A DNA stretch of 64,000 bases from Oopsacas minuta (taxonomy: Eukaryota; Animalia; Porifera), in contig JAKMXF010000013.1 of NCBI GenBank assembly GCA_024704765.1, positions 1 through 64,000 of the forward strand, read 5' to 3'. The notes beneath the pieces were generated by a model. The model had not been told where the DNA came from. It did no database searches and saw nothing but the letters and a program-made list of their open reading frames with translations. Position 1 is the stretch's first letter. Each line of letters starts with the position of its first letter. This document shows, in pieces, positions 12,611-25,389 of the stretch. The position numbers and the translations under genes are program-made.

Positions 12611-14723
12611 TTGAATTGCCTTGATATCTCCAAATCCGCTAAATATAAAATACGAAAATGATTATTGTTGGATAGGAAGTCGTATGTGGGAGTCGATTGG
12701 TGATATTGCCTTACCTAAATATTTGTGCAATTTGAGTTATGTTTCTTTTCACACCTTCCACATTATGTTGATAATTCCAAAATATCACATCCAATTTGAC
12801 CTAGATATGAGAAATGAGTTATTATACGATGGGAGATAATAGGTACCGATGCCTTCAGCTAGATCATCTTACGACATAGTCCACGATGCACAAAACCTCA
12901 GAGTAAATTGTCAATTTTGGACTAGGGATGATGTTAATGGCAAATGTTAGGGTTTCAGAGCACATTAAAATATCTATAAGTGGGGGAGGCCAGGATGGCC
13001 AAACTCCTAATAACACCCAATTCCCTATATATAATCCCAAATATAAATTTTAATTAACCAGAGATATGGAGAGGCATTACTTCCTACGACAATTTTTCGA
13101 TTGATAATTGAATATATTATTATCGCCCAAATGTTGTTGGTTGAATCAAAATTATAAAAGACATCCTTTTGGTAAATCACATAATTTCAATTCATTATAG
13201 CCATAAATGCGAGTTATTTTTCCGAATTGAGCACACAAATTAACAATACAAGAAAATTTAAGGTCGATTTACATACTAAAAAGTGCAAATTTCAATGGTT
13301 GTGGCATAATTATCTCTAGTATACCCAATTTCCCATTACCTACTTATAGAGGTTGATTTCAATGGAAATGAATAAAGGTGGAACAAAATTGCCACGCTTA
13401 GAGAGGTTTCCCATTTATCGAGAGAGGTTGTACTATAGGAGAAACGGTGCAATTTGCCCGAATAAATATATTGTGCGTTTGTAGAACAAGAAACTAATCA
13501 ACAATTGTAAAAATTTCTAGGATGTGCACAAATATTGGTCTAATAAGCATTAATTTGGTAAAATATGTTATTGTTGATAGCTTGAAATGCATCTTTCATT
13601 TCTTAGATTAAGTATAAACTAATCTATATAAAGAATAAATAGTACACATAGTATAAAAGTAGTCATGATAAAGTTGGCTCGTACTTGATTCACTGTAGGG
13701 GCCATGGATGATCATGAAACATGCTATGAAAATCCAAATATAAGCCGATATTTCTCTGATAATCGTTAGAAACATGTCAAATCACTATTGCGTGGGTATA
13801 ATGTATACCCAACTTCCCATACCTTTGTACTACATTTTGAAATGATATCATCATTCCGGAAAAAATGCACAGTTCATCCAACACAGCCACGCCCACATAA
13901 TACATCGGTCGACAACAAAATCCATAGCAAAAATTCACGCCTTACTATCTTATAAAGAGTAAGCTATGGGGTAAGGAAATCTATCTGAAGGAGTGGTCAC
14001 ATACGATTTCCCAATGTGTAATAACACGTTCTCAGGTATAGAAAAATGGGGGAAGGGAAATTTTACAATATCAACATAATGAGGAATGGCGTAAAAGCCA
14101 CAAAACTCACATCCCACAAATATTTTTAGATAAACAACAATTTGACCAATTGCCTCACTACTGACTCCGACATAATAATAAAATATTCTAGTATATTAAC
14201 TTTGGAAAATTAGGAGATATCAAGAAAGCACAATGGACCCAAGTTTCAAAACACGAACTGACAGTCTACAGTCCTATATTCAAGAGTCTCAAGAGTCTAT
14301 GATGATGTCATAATTTTACCATAGGTGTTTTCTTGCAGTATTCCTAAATTACCCTAGGCCCTTGACTATGATAAAGTACAATAGAAACCGGTAATATAAC
14401 TATTTAGTCGGCTGATGAAAAATTTGAAATCCCGATTGAAAAGTAAATCCAATATTCTATACGATCTGAGGATGAAAATATAGTACAAAAACCGATAGAA
14501 AACCAGGTGTAGGAAAAACAGGTTCGACTATATAAATTTATATCGAAAAGATGCGCAGCTTATTTCGCGTCACAACTTGAGGCCATTATATTTCAATTGA
14601 TGGTCAAGTCTATTGGATATATTTAAGCTCAATCCGAAGCACGAATGACTCAGGATACTGCAATTGAAGAGTAGTCACCTAGCAAGCGAAGTGGGTATTC
14701 AACAAGTACATGATCAAGACAAC

Positions 14724-15053
14724 CTCAACATCTGAAGGAAATAGATCTAAATTCTTACTCTGCTCATGATAAATATGAGGAGTATAGCGGTTACGTGGAT
14801 TACAAGCAATTTCATCTGCAAGCATCAAAATGATATTACTATCAGGTATCCCAAGACGTTTTACACTTCGATATACAGAAAGAGTATTAGAAAAGTGACG
14901 ATAATTAAACCAATATCTCGATGTTGAGACCAACAAAGCCCAATTATTAGTATAAGGGGAAGAATGAGAGTGTATATTGGCAGAAAAAGAAAAGCAGAAC
15001 AAATAACAAAAATAGAAAATTTGAAAATATGAGCTCATTTCTAAAAGATACAT
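14724..15053 (-). CDS. PIGK: GPI-anchor transamidase catalytic subunit, N-terminal exon (110 codons from ATG 15053; likely start ATG 15038)
   Basis: Signal peptide, then NNWALLVSTSRYWFNYRH.SN.LS.YRSVKRLGIPDSNIILMLADEIACNPRN (peptidase C13 PIG-K signature, with the Cys equivalent to human C92 that bonds PIG-T); ends DVE then GT donor at 14723 (phase 0). Confidence 0.95.
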
Positions 15054-16389
15054 AAAAAGTTGTTAGATTTCCTAGATAAATACAGTGCTGCCAAACCCAA
15101 ATGACAATAAACAGGGTGTTTTATGACAGCGGGAGGTTGTGTATTGGGCGAATAAATGCGGCAGGTCTGACGCAATCTCCTGATAACTTCCCATAAGGAG
15201 ACCTGTAGGTGAATTTTTCACATTCGATAACACTATATTTTCATGGCGTTTTTGAACAGCACTCACTCTGATAATAATTTGTACTCATTACCATATATTG
15301 AAAAATGAGTAGCGCATGCGCTGCAGTAATATATAATTGGAATTTTGGAAAAAGTAGGCTCTCAAATTACATCCTACCATAGTGGAATTAAATCTGCAGG
15401 TACTGATATATATTTTTTGAGTTTTGTTACCTATTTCTACTTCCTTTATTAGCAAAATCCCTAAATATTTTCTCAATTAACTTTATACTTTATTCAATGA
15501 GTGTTTCCTCTTGATTTCCCATTCTGTACCCTTGATTAGCCAAAATGCCAAAGATACCCAAATTGACAAAGAATAATGCTATAATGGTACTGACTGACAT
15601 ATTGTCTGAGTTTCGTTCAGTTACAGGTGATATGCCGGAGCTATATTTTCATGGCATGGAAAGCTTGGCTCTTTGGGTCCAGAATAGTTGAAACCTATAT
15701 CACTGGGAATAGCGATGAAATATCAAGAACTCTACTGACTAACCAAAAATATCTACAAGTACGTCAGCGTCATCAAAGCCTCAACGTGAACCCGAAATCC
15801 TTAAGCTATGAGATAGAGATATATCTGGCTATAATGTACAGGGACTGCGAAGACTTGTATCTGCGATGATAAAAGTGTCAACAGGTAAGTCAACGGTGTG
15901 AATGTATATAATTATATGGGTCACTGATTATATATCTCTGTATTTTAGGGAAAGGTATGTTTTTTTGGAATGATCCTTCTCTCAAACCACCTTTTTGGCC
16001 CGAAAGAGTCCCTTTCGAAAACATAAAAAGCGCANATCCCAGCAGAGCTGTTAATCTCAAGCACACTGTTATCTACTGCCTGTTGTTCAGTATGCATGTA
16101 GCATGGATATTCGTCTTCGCAACCATCTGGTCTGTTGTTGTCTCGTTTGGATTGAAAATAATCCAATGCAAGTTGGTTCTCCACTTGTCGTTTCATATAA
16201 GTACTTAACAGGTTGACCTGCAAGATATTTAATATTAGGCTATAAAGTTAATAATTATATTTATATATTATGCTAAGTACAGTGTACATTCATTAATCAT
16301 GGGCATTTATACATATATAATTAAATTCAATTAATAAGCCAATTTGGGGGGTGCGCACCTCCCTGAATCCCCCGGTGGATCCATCACTG

Positions 16390-16424
16390 CTAGTAAACAG
16401 GCCTTATTATAACCTAGGTCACGC
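16390..16424 (+). repeat. Inverted-repeat partner of 20401-20435 (putative TIR)
   Basis: ctagtaaacaggccttattataacctaggtcacgc vs reverse complement of 20401-20435 ctagcgaacaggccttattataacgttggtcacgc (30/35). Confidence 0.65.
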
Positions 16425-17800
16425 TTCAGCATATTTGCTCAAATTGATTGTTGCTGCCCCATTTACAGTAAGTTTATTCAGACAAGGGAAATGACTAGCC
16501 ATATTATCCAGTAACTGCCTCTCCCAAGTCGAAGTTTAAGTTGAAATGCCTTGATATGTTGATAGGGTTGGGTGACAAGTTAATTTTATCCCTGGAGCTT
16601 TGTGTTCAAATCATTAAGGTGTGTTGATATGTCCACCAAAAATGCTAAGTCCATCCACCAAGACTCATTTTGTAATTCAGGCACATGGTGGTTTTTCATT
16701 TCGACGAAAAGTTGGATTACATGTAAATGATTGTAGAATCTCTCCAAACAATTTCCTCTACTTAACTAGCGAACCTTGCTGTAATAGTCACATCACCATT
16801 TTCAGCATCTATTTCAATCATAGATTCTTTAAGCTGTCTGTGGTTTAGAGCTCTTGGATCGGATAAAGTTTATTGTATTTACAACAACATACATTACATT
16901 GTTCATACGGAGACGTTTACCGCATAGGTTTTCCTGGCGAATGATGGAATGAGACACGATTAGATAGGACTCTAATCCTAATATCGATAACTTATTCAAT
17001 GCAAGCGCAACTACGCCTTTTCTCTTCCCCAACATACAGGGAACACCGTCTGTAGTTAATTCAATGAGTTTCGAGAAAGTTACATTATATTTCAGCAACG
17101 AATTTTTCAGTTAAGCAAACATTTGTTCTCCAGTTATTATACCTTTCATACTACATAACTCTAATAAATCTTCTGTGATACTAAAATTAGTGTCTAAACC
17201 TCGGACGAATATTGGAAGCTGTGCAATATCACCCACATCAGTAGGTTCATCGAGACAAATTTAATAGACTTAAAAATTTTCTGAACATTTCATCAACACT
17301 GTTTCTATATTTTCTGCAAAGTCATCTAGTCTTTGAGGTACTGTAATACGGGATAGACTGATTATAGAAATTAGTTCTTTTCTCTCAGGATACAAAATCT
17401 CAGTGACAGTCTTAATACAGTCCATAACAAATTCTCCATCTGTGAAACACTTAAGATTTTTGGCTATAATATCACTTAGGGCAAAGCTAGCTCTTACTAG
17501 GCCTTCTACATCTCTATTAACCTATGTAAATATAATTTGCAGTGCCTGGAGGGATATTTTGAGACTTTCAACTTTTCCTTTCGTAAATTTAGCGTCAATT
17601 TGTCATATTTATCAGCATGCTTTACCATATAATGTGACCTAATGTTGTGTTCCTTGATTACTGCTACTGATTGATAACAAATAAGACAAATGGGTCTGTC
17701 TTCTTGAAAAATGAAAAAGAATCTTCGGTTCATTCATCATGGAATTCACGACATTCAAAATCAATTTATCTTCGCTTAGCAACGATATCAGTCATGTATT
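16425..17800 (-). mobile_element. hAT transposon (SPIN/Buster, GTF2IRD2/EPM2AIP1-like), degenerate
   Basis: BED-like CLICYQSVAVIKEHNIRSHY, KCFTDGEFVMDC, TTDGVPCMLG, HSIIRQENLC, WERQLL..HFPCL. Confidence 0.85.
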
Positions 17801-17868
17801 AACTATGGTATTCTGGAAATTGGCCAAATATGGAAAAGGTCAAATATAGAAAATGAAAATAAGAATTA

Positions 17869-18214
17869 CACTGGCCAACAACATATTCTTGGCTGATAAG
17901 TTGAGACTATTTCTGGGGTATATCGGGGTCACTGAGTTCGAAAATGGCACTAGTTCTGGTCAATTGGCTCTACTATTCGTGATATTGCAAAATTATGTTT
18001 TTCAGCATCCGTGAGTCTGTGTTCACTGATACAATATAGTATGTATGTATTACATTATAACTAGAATTGAACGTAAGTAATAAACAGATAATTTGAGATA
18101 TAATATGATCTGAATACTTATCAATCATGAACGAATGTTCTCTTATACGAATCCCTCTTGTGAGGTTCTTGGCGGCATCACGCACAAGGCTCCAGCAGTA
18201 ATATGCCAACATGT
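17869..18214 (-). mobile_element. Chapaev3 3' end (runs into gap)
   Basis: Close reverse complement of ~53045-53386; terminus CACTGGCCAAC preceded by TTA. Confidence 0.9.
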
Positions 18215-19190
18215 NNNNNNNNNNNNNNNNNNNNNNNNNNNNNNNNNNNNNNNNNNNNNNNNNNNNNNNNNNNNNNNNNNNNNNNNNNNNNNNNNNNNNN
18301 NNNNNNNNNNNNNNNNNNNNNNNNNNNNNNNNNNNNNNNNNNNNNNNNNNNNNNNNNNNNNNNNNNNNNNNNNNNNNNNNNNNNNNNNNNNNNNNNNNNN
18401 NNNNNNNNNNNNNNNNNNNNNNNNNNNNNNNNNNNNNNNNNNNNNNNNNNNNNNNNNNNNNNNNNNNNNNNNNNNNNNNNNNNNNNNNNNNNNNNNNNNN
18501 NNNNNNNNNNNNNNNNNNNNNNNNNNNNNNNNNNNNNNNNNNNNNNNNNNNNNNNNNNNNNNNNNNNNNNNNNNNNNNNNNNNNNNNNNNNNNNNNNNNN
18601 NNNNNNNNNNNNNNNNNNNNNNNNNNNNNNNNNNNNNNNNNNNNNNNNNNNNNNNNNNNNNNNNNNNNNNNNNNNNNNNNNNNNNNNNNNNNNNNNNNNN
18701 NNNNNNNNNNNNNNNNNNNNNNNNNNNNNNNNNNNNNNNNNNNNNNNNNNNNNNNNNNNNNNNNNNNNNNNNNNNNNNNNNNNNNNNNNNNNNNNNNNNN
18801 NNNNNNNNNNNNNNNNNNNNNNNNNNNNNNNNNNNNNNNNNNNNNNNNNNNNNNNNNNNNNNNNNNNNNNNNNNNNNNNNNNNNNNNNNNNNNNNNNNNN
18901 NNNNNNNNNNNNNNNNNNNNNNNNNNNNNNNNNNNNNNNNNNNNNNNNNNNNNNNNNNNNNNNNNNNNNNNNNNNNNNNNNNNNNNNNNNNNNNNNNNNN
19001 NNNNNNNNNNNNNNNNNNNNNNNNNNNNNNNNNNNNNNNNNNNNNNNNNNNNNNNNNNNNNNNNNNNNNNNNNNNNNNNNNNNNNNNNNNNNNNNNNNNN
19101 NNNNNNNNNNNNNNNNNNNNNNNNNNNNNNNNNNNNNNNNNNNNNNNNNNNNNNNNNNNNNNNNNNNNNNNNNNNNNNNNNNNNNNNNNN
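18215..19190. other. Assembly gap (N run)
   Basis: 976 N. Confidence 1.
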
Positions 19191-19524
19191 GACATATCTA
19201 CAAAAACACAACGCTGGATGTGAGTTTGAAGCCCAGAAATGTATTAAGGTGTTGTTGAAAATACAACAAGAAAATAAAATTCAGGCAGATATTCGGGACT
19301 TCATAATCAGTGATGATAAATGAAATGTGTAGAATACAATCTACTATTAGACTCATACAGAATGGACCTACAATTTTGAATGACTTTCTTATAACCGAAA
19401 TTCAAATAATGCTTATTATCATATGACTCAACATAAAAATTTCTTATATCCGAAATTATTCATGAGTTAATTTAATGTAAAGATGCGATTGCACTAAAAA
19501 CTTTCATATTTCCGAAACCTACCG
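19191..19524 (+). mobile_element. pogo/Tigger 3' end
   Basis: ...KIQADIRDFII C-terminus; terminus tccgaaacctaccg+TA complementary to the 5' TIR at 25390. Confidence 0.7.
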
Positions 19525-19989
19525 TAGTAATTTATTGCTGAACTTTTGGCTCACCCTGTATACTCAAACATTCCAATACAAAGTTCTAACCTCTAGTATT
19601 GTTTTCATATTGATATTGATTTCGAATGCTGGAGGTCAATTACACTATGGCAAACATATAGAGAAAAGACATTTTTGAGAAAAAGATCACTTCGAAATAC
19701 AATCACGGGGAGCTCAATAAATCCGGAAAACCGTGGCGCCCAAGATAAAATATATAGGACAAAAAAGCAAAATTCTTCAACACAATCGTAATCAAGAATA
19801 TACAGCACTAAGTCACCAAATATCATGAACTAACCCGAAAGAATCGTTCTACCACTGCGAATATAATTTCAGATTCGTAGTGGTAGAACGAAATACATCA
19901 GCTTCCTATTCTTATTCAACCATAAATCTCAATCTTTCCAAATCTACTCAAGTTTTTCAAAATATTTCCAAATATAGTCTCAGATTATT

Positions 19990-20316
19990 CTAAATACACT
20001 CAAGAGATGAGCTAGGATACTTGGGACAACTGGGAAGAAGGCAAGATACAGCGTTCTTATGTAGAATTGGTCGCCGAGAAATTTGTTGTAATGAGCCATC
20101 AGGTTGAGGCACATCAATTTCAGTGATGACATCTTCAGTACGAAAGTGATTAGAACAAACAAATGCATTTATTAGATCTTCAATATCCTCCCTGTGCAGA
20201 GCGCGTAGCCATTTTTCTCTAAGTTCAGAGTTTGAGGGTAATCTGAATACTGGTGTATATGGCTCCCCTGAATAATTACTCCGGCATCCAGGTGCAGAGC
20301 AAGTGTTAGGCATCAA
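19990..20316 (-). mobile_element. THAP zinc-finger domain, N-terminus of a THAP-bearing (P-like) transposase
   Basis: MPNTCSAPGC...VFRLP...REKW...VCSNHF...AV; putative TIR at 20401-20435 just upstream. Confidence 0.8.
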
Positions 20317-20763
20317 GGCTAATCAGTGATGAAACAGAATTGCAGAATAAGATAAAATTGTAAAATCCTAAATAACGAAAGGCTTGGGAATATAATCTCG
20401 GCGTGACCAACGTTATAATAAGGCCTGTTCGCTAGTGCGATATTTTGGACCATGGATATCGCTTAAGTCCATTAAATTTTACTTCAAATAATCATGTATT
20501 TGATGGTATTCACCAAATCGTGAACTTAAAAATTGTTCTTAGGTGATTTTAAAGATAATGGATGTCGTTGAAGGCTTGTAAAATAGTATTTCTTAGAAGC
20601 CCATAATATTTATATTAATTTATGAATCAACCATTTTGTTACATTCAAATTATTGAAACAACACATTTACGTACTCATCACCTGTTGTACCTTGTCCTCT
20701 TGTACTTTTATCCTAAGTTATTTAATCAACTTAGCTTTTATCTCTGTAATGCCGCTCTCCACC

Positions 20764-21619
20764 NNNNNNNNNNNNNNNNNNNNNNNNNNNNNNNNNNNNN
20801 NNNNNNNNNNNNNNNNNNNNNNNNNNNNNNNNNNNNNNNNNNNNNNNNNNNNNNNNNNNNNNNNNNNNNNNNNNNNNNNNNNNNNNNNNNNNNNNNNNNN
20901 NNNNNNNNNNNNNNNNNNNNNNNNNNNNNNNNNNNNNNNNNNNNNNNNNNNNNNNNNNNNNNNNNNNNNNNNNNNNNNNNNNNNNNNNNNNNNNNNNNNN
21001 NNNNNNNNNNNNNNNNNNNNNNNNNNNNNNNNNNNNNNNNNNNNNNNNNNNNNNNNNNNNNNNNNNNNNNNNNNNNNNNNNNNNNNNNNNNNNNNNNNNN
21101 NNNNNNNNNNNNNNNNNNNNNNNNNNNNNNNNNNNNNNNNNNNNNNNNNNNNNNNNNNNNNNNNNNNNNNNNNNNNNNNNNNNNNNNNNNNNNNNNNNNN
21201 NNNNNNNNNNNNNNNNNNNNNNNNNNNNNNNNNNNNNNNNNNNNNNNNNNNNNNNNNNNNNNNNNNNNNNNNNNNNNNNNNNNNNNNNNNNNNNNNNNNN
21301 NNNNNNNNNNNNNNNNNNNNNNNNNNNNNNNNNNNNNNNNNNNNNNNNNNNNNNNNNNNNNNNNNNNNNNNNNNNNNNNNNNNNNNNNNNNNNNNNNNNN
21401 NNNNNNNNNNNNNNNNNNNNNNNNNNNNNNNNNNNNNNNNNNNNNNNNNNNNNNNNNNNNNNNNNNNNNNNNNNNNNNNNNNNNNNNNNNNNNNNNNNNN
21501 NNNNNNNNNNNNNNNNNNNNNNNNNNNNNNNNNNNNNNNNNNNNNNNNNNNNNNNNNNNNNNNNNNNNNNNNNNNNNNNNNNNNNNNNNNNNNNNNNNNN
21601 NNNNNNNNNNNNNNNNNNN
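20764..21619. other. Assembly gap (N run)
   Basis: 856 N. Confidence 1.
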
Positions 21620-21781
21620 ATCCGGACTTACTTCGAAAATTGATAGATCGGATGCCAGCAGGAACGAGAAGATGTGTAGATTTGAAAGGAGGTTATATCG
21701 GAAAGTAATTAAACGCCTATGACACGTAACACTAATTATATAGGTATTTATCTAATAGGAAAAAACTTTCGGGACATACTG
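21620..21781 (+). mobile_element. Tc1-like 3' end
   Basis: LLRKLIDRMPAGTRRCVDLKGGYIGK*; terminus ...cgggacatactg+TA. Confidence 0.75.
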
Positions 21782-22234
21782 TAGATCGACCATAAGTTTC
21801 AGTTGAAATTATATCTTTACAAATGCAAGAAGTCTTGCTATTATAAATTCTATTAACTGTGTCTCATTCAGCATTTCAAATCTAGTATGGGCTTATTCCA
21901 TGTTTCGTAATACATTCTTGAAGTTACTCTGTGACAATTCACTATATCCTATATACTTTAACACTTATGTCATCCATTGAATTACTTGATTCTTATGGCT
22001 TGTCTGAAAAGTTTCAGTATAGGCATATAGTACTGTCATACACTGCCTTACAAATTATCAAATTATTACAGCAATTTTATTGTTGATGAAAATCTTTCTC
22101 ATGGTGTTCCATATTATATCTCGGAAGGTTTACAAATTTAACAAGCCAGTTTTTTCATTTTTCTTGTTATATTCCTATTTAAAGATGATTTTTTTGTAGT
22201 CATTCATGGATTGTTCAGTACGTAGAATCCGTGG

Positions 22235-22330
22235 CACAGTGGGAAAACATGGCTGATCAGGGTCAAATTTTGATACTCAAAACTTCAAGAAAGTCATATT
22301 TCTGAATTGATCATAGTTGAAAACATATAA
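22235..22330 (+). mobile_element. Transib-like terminus (non-autonomous)
   Basis: Starts CACAGTGGG, the RSS-heptamer-like Transib end; partner end not found. Confidence 0.4.
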
Positions 22331-24428
22331 ATGTGTATTTAGATACAATTTAAGGTTGTTCATGACTGTGGTATGAGCAGATAGTGAAGTGATTATCCTT
22401 GGGATAATGAAGAAAGTTATTTATTCTAATAATAGCTACTTTCAAAGTCATTTTCCAAAAGTTAGTTGGAGTGGAACATACACGTTTTGTGTATAATGTA
22501 ATCAATGTAGCTTTCATATAATCATAAAAGAAGGTTGGGTGCATACGCTCACAAAATAATTGGGCAATACTATTATTATCTAGGTACTAAATATACAATA
22601 TGCCAAGATCAACTAATTAGACATTGATCAAAGGTTTTTCGAGGGCACTCGAGTTCGCATGGTTTTATGGCTGAAACAGTTAGAGAAGATGTTTGCTGGA
22701 AATATTTACTAAATATAGGGTAGCGAAACATAGGAATCGTGACCATAATACCAACGGAAAGTGCAAGGTAAATTTTTCGAACAAAAAATTCCCTTCATAG
22801 AGGAATTTTGAAAGAAATATTATATTTGCGAATTATATAATCCGAAGATTGAAATGCACTAATGAAAATGAAAATACGATAAAATATTACATAGAAACAA
22901 CTAATATCCTGAAAATCAGTGCATCTCGAGGATCCTTTGTAAAATATTTATGGAAATTGAATAAGTTTCAACCAAATATCCTTGCATTCCTTTTTCGATA
23001 TCTGAAGAAAAATTTCTTCTCCCATGGGTTATTAATAACACAACCAAGTAAAAAAATCAAATTTTATCAGTCGTATCCAAAGCATAAACCATTATGAAAA
23101 GGATAACAAATTAGCATGAAAAATTGTGATGTTATTTGATGATAACATTAGACAGCAGCTCGTTCCATATTGCCAATTGAAGAAGCTTCTGAAGTAATGT
23201 AGAGGTATTGCGTAGAAAATTTGCAACCCCAGCCATTATATTAAAACTATTTATCACACCATTCGCCTCAACTAACTTCGACTTGTTATGACCCGAAGGT
23301 TCCATACCCCAAAAAGACCAACCAAGTCAAAAATTCTAGTAACTTTGTAAAATAGTGTGAATCGATAGTAGTGAGCTTATATTCAGTTTGATCTGATCAT
23401 TTTTGATCAGGCTCTCAATATTTAGGCACCCATCAGCAGGAATCGGTAGATATGCTGGAATTTCTGCTACCATTGGATTTCAATACTAGAAACCTGTGGA
23501 ACCCGTCCTGAAATAGATCCTCATACAGTCGTAACATTCCTTTACATGATTTACATTGACAGTTGAGTAGAGTAAATTCTTCTACCTGTACCTCGAAGTT
23601 AATAATAAGATTACAGCTTACTGGTTTGAGCTTATAGGTCTTATCCTAACTCCGTCGAATGATTTTATAAGTGTTGTTCTGCCTAGGAAATTGCATGCTT
23701 TTAAATAAGGTTGATGAGCCCATAATCTTGGCTCGCTTGAGTTTAGGAGATTTAAAGCTTCTTCTTAGGGATAATGTGGCTTTTAGAAACAAGATATATT
23801 TTAGTTTTACATTATTCCTCTTGGTTTGTGAGGCCGTGGTAAATGTTGCTTTATCCCATGTTTGTGAAGACAAATGTAGATATGAAAAACACTGTCCTCA
23901 AGGAGGTCGATGGCGTAGCAGATGAGGATGGATATATCAGAATCGGGTATAAATTCACTTTTTGAATCGGTGGAAGACTCATGATATTGGAATTGAGATG
24001 GGAAGAGATGTGCGGTAAATCACCTGCTCGGAAGATTTCTACTTACTCAATGTTCTGGAAATATCCTTCAAATGACTTGTAGACTTGCATCACTTCTTCA
24101 GTAAATGATGCCTTTAGAACAAATTCCATTTAGAAAGATTTATATAATTTTTGGATACCCGAATATTTTCGGTATTTGGAGGATTCTTTGGGGTTGTTCA
24201 AATTAATGTATCCAATTTCATTCAGGGGTTCATTTAGATACTCAGGGCCATGCACCTATAATGTCTAATTCACTTCATACCTCTAGAGTATACATTATGC
24301 ATTATAATATCCGAGACTCTAGGCTCGAAGAGAAATTTCGTAGACCTTGAGATAAGTTTCCCCAAATTTATGCTCCTGTGGGCGGGCCACATAGGACTGG
24401 ATAACAGTTATTTGATTGTTCAGAAATA

Positions 24429-25380
24429 CAGGGAGAGCCAAAAATTCTGCAACAATATTCAAATTTCATAAACTTTGTTAAGTAACCTTTTGGAGTGTTT
24501 ATCGGATTAAATATTCCATGTGACTCGAATATATATCATACTAAAGCATTGATACCCACCCTACTGCAATAATATCTGAAACTAAACTTATTGTAGCTCA
24601 GAGTTATCCAACTTTGGTTGAATAAACATCGACAAACAGAAATATTGAAATCACTCGGTTCGAAGAATAACACGCGATCTTTCATTTCTCGGACTATTTC
24701 TAGATTTAACAAGTGTGGGATAGTGAAAGATGTGCCATGTTCTGTTCGTACCACAGCAGCCAAGCGGAAGGTCAAGCAGATGATAATCAGAAAGCCGACG
24801 ATATCTTACAGACAAATTGCAAGTAAGACGTGATGCTCTATTACCTCGGTCCGGCGAATTTTCAAATACGATCTAGGTGTTAAATCATTCAAGAGAACTA
24901 AAACCGAAGCTCTAACTCCACTTACGATTGGGAAAGATTGCAACGTTGTCGTATGCTCGTGACCCGCCTCAAAAATGTTGGTCATGAAAATATTGTCTTT
25001 TCAGATGAGAAAATATGGTGCATCTAGGAAAAGTATACCAGTCCAAACTTTTGTGTATTCTAAATCGCGTAAAAGGTATCTGAGGAATGTACACATGGTG
25101 CAATAACTTTACATCCTAAGTCTGTGATGTTATAGGCTGGATTCGGCAAAAGGGAAAACAAGCATGGTTTTTGTGCCAGAGGGCGAAAAATTAACGCAAT
25201 TTCATACCAGAAACTGATACTATCTAAAAATATCCTACCTATAAGTCAAACCTTCATCAAGGGAGAAAATTGGTTGTTTCAGCAGGACTGAGCTCCAGCT
25301 CATACAGCTAAGATCAATCAGGGCTGGCTTTCTAGCAACATTCATGATTTTTTCAACAAGAATGAATGGCCCATGTATTA
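24429..25380 (+). mobile_element. maT(DD37D)-like Tc1/mariner element, 3'-truncated
   Basis: TA+CAGGGAGAGCC TIR; FISRTISRF...SVRT, IVFSDEK, WLFQQD*APAH, EWP. Confidence 0.8.
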
Positions 25381-25389
25381 ATATCAATA

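Noticed and set aside
17973-21722. Long ORFs (350-412 aa) in the ORF track
   Set aside because: Artefacts of translating through N gaps.
15072-24111. In-frame join of a 65-bp 'exon' (24111-24047, GTAAGT donor) to a terminal 'exon' (15267-15072), which would bridge both gaps and validate the assembly
   Set aside because: The 24-kb piece is part of a longer stop-riddled frame, phase agreement has a 1-in-3 chance, and no homology is recognised.
7570-24400. Alternative genetic code (TGA=Trp or TAR=Gln) suggested by stop-interrupted frames
   Set aside because: The 766-aa OTU ORF and both PIG-K exons have no internal stops and end in TAA and TGA; decay explains the pattern.
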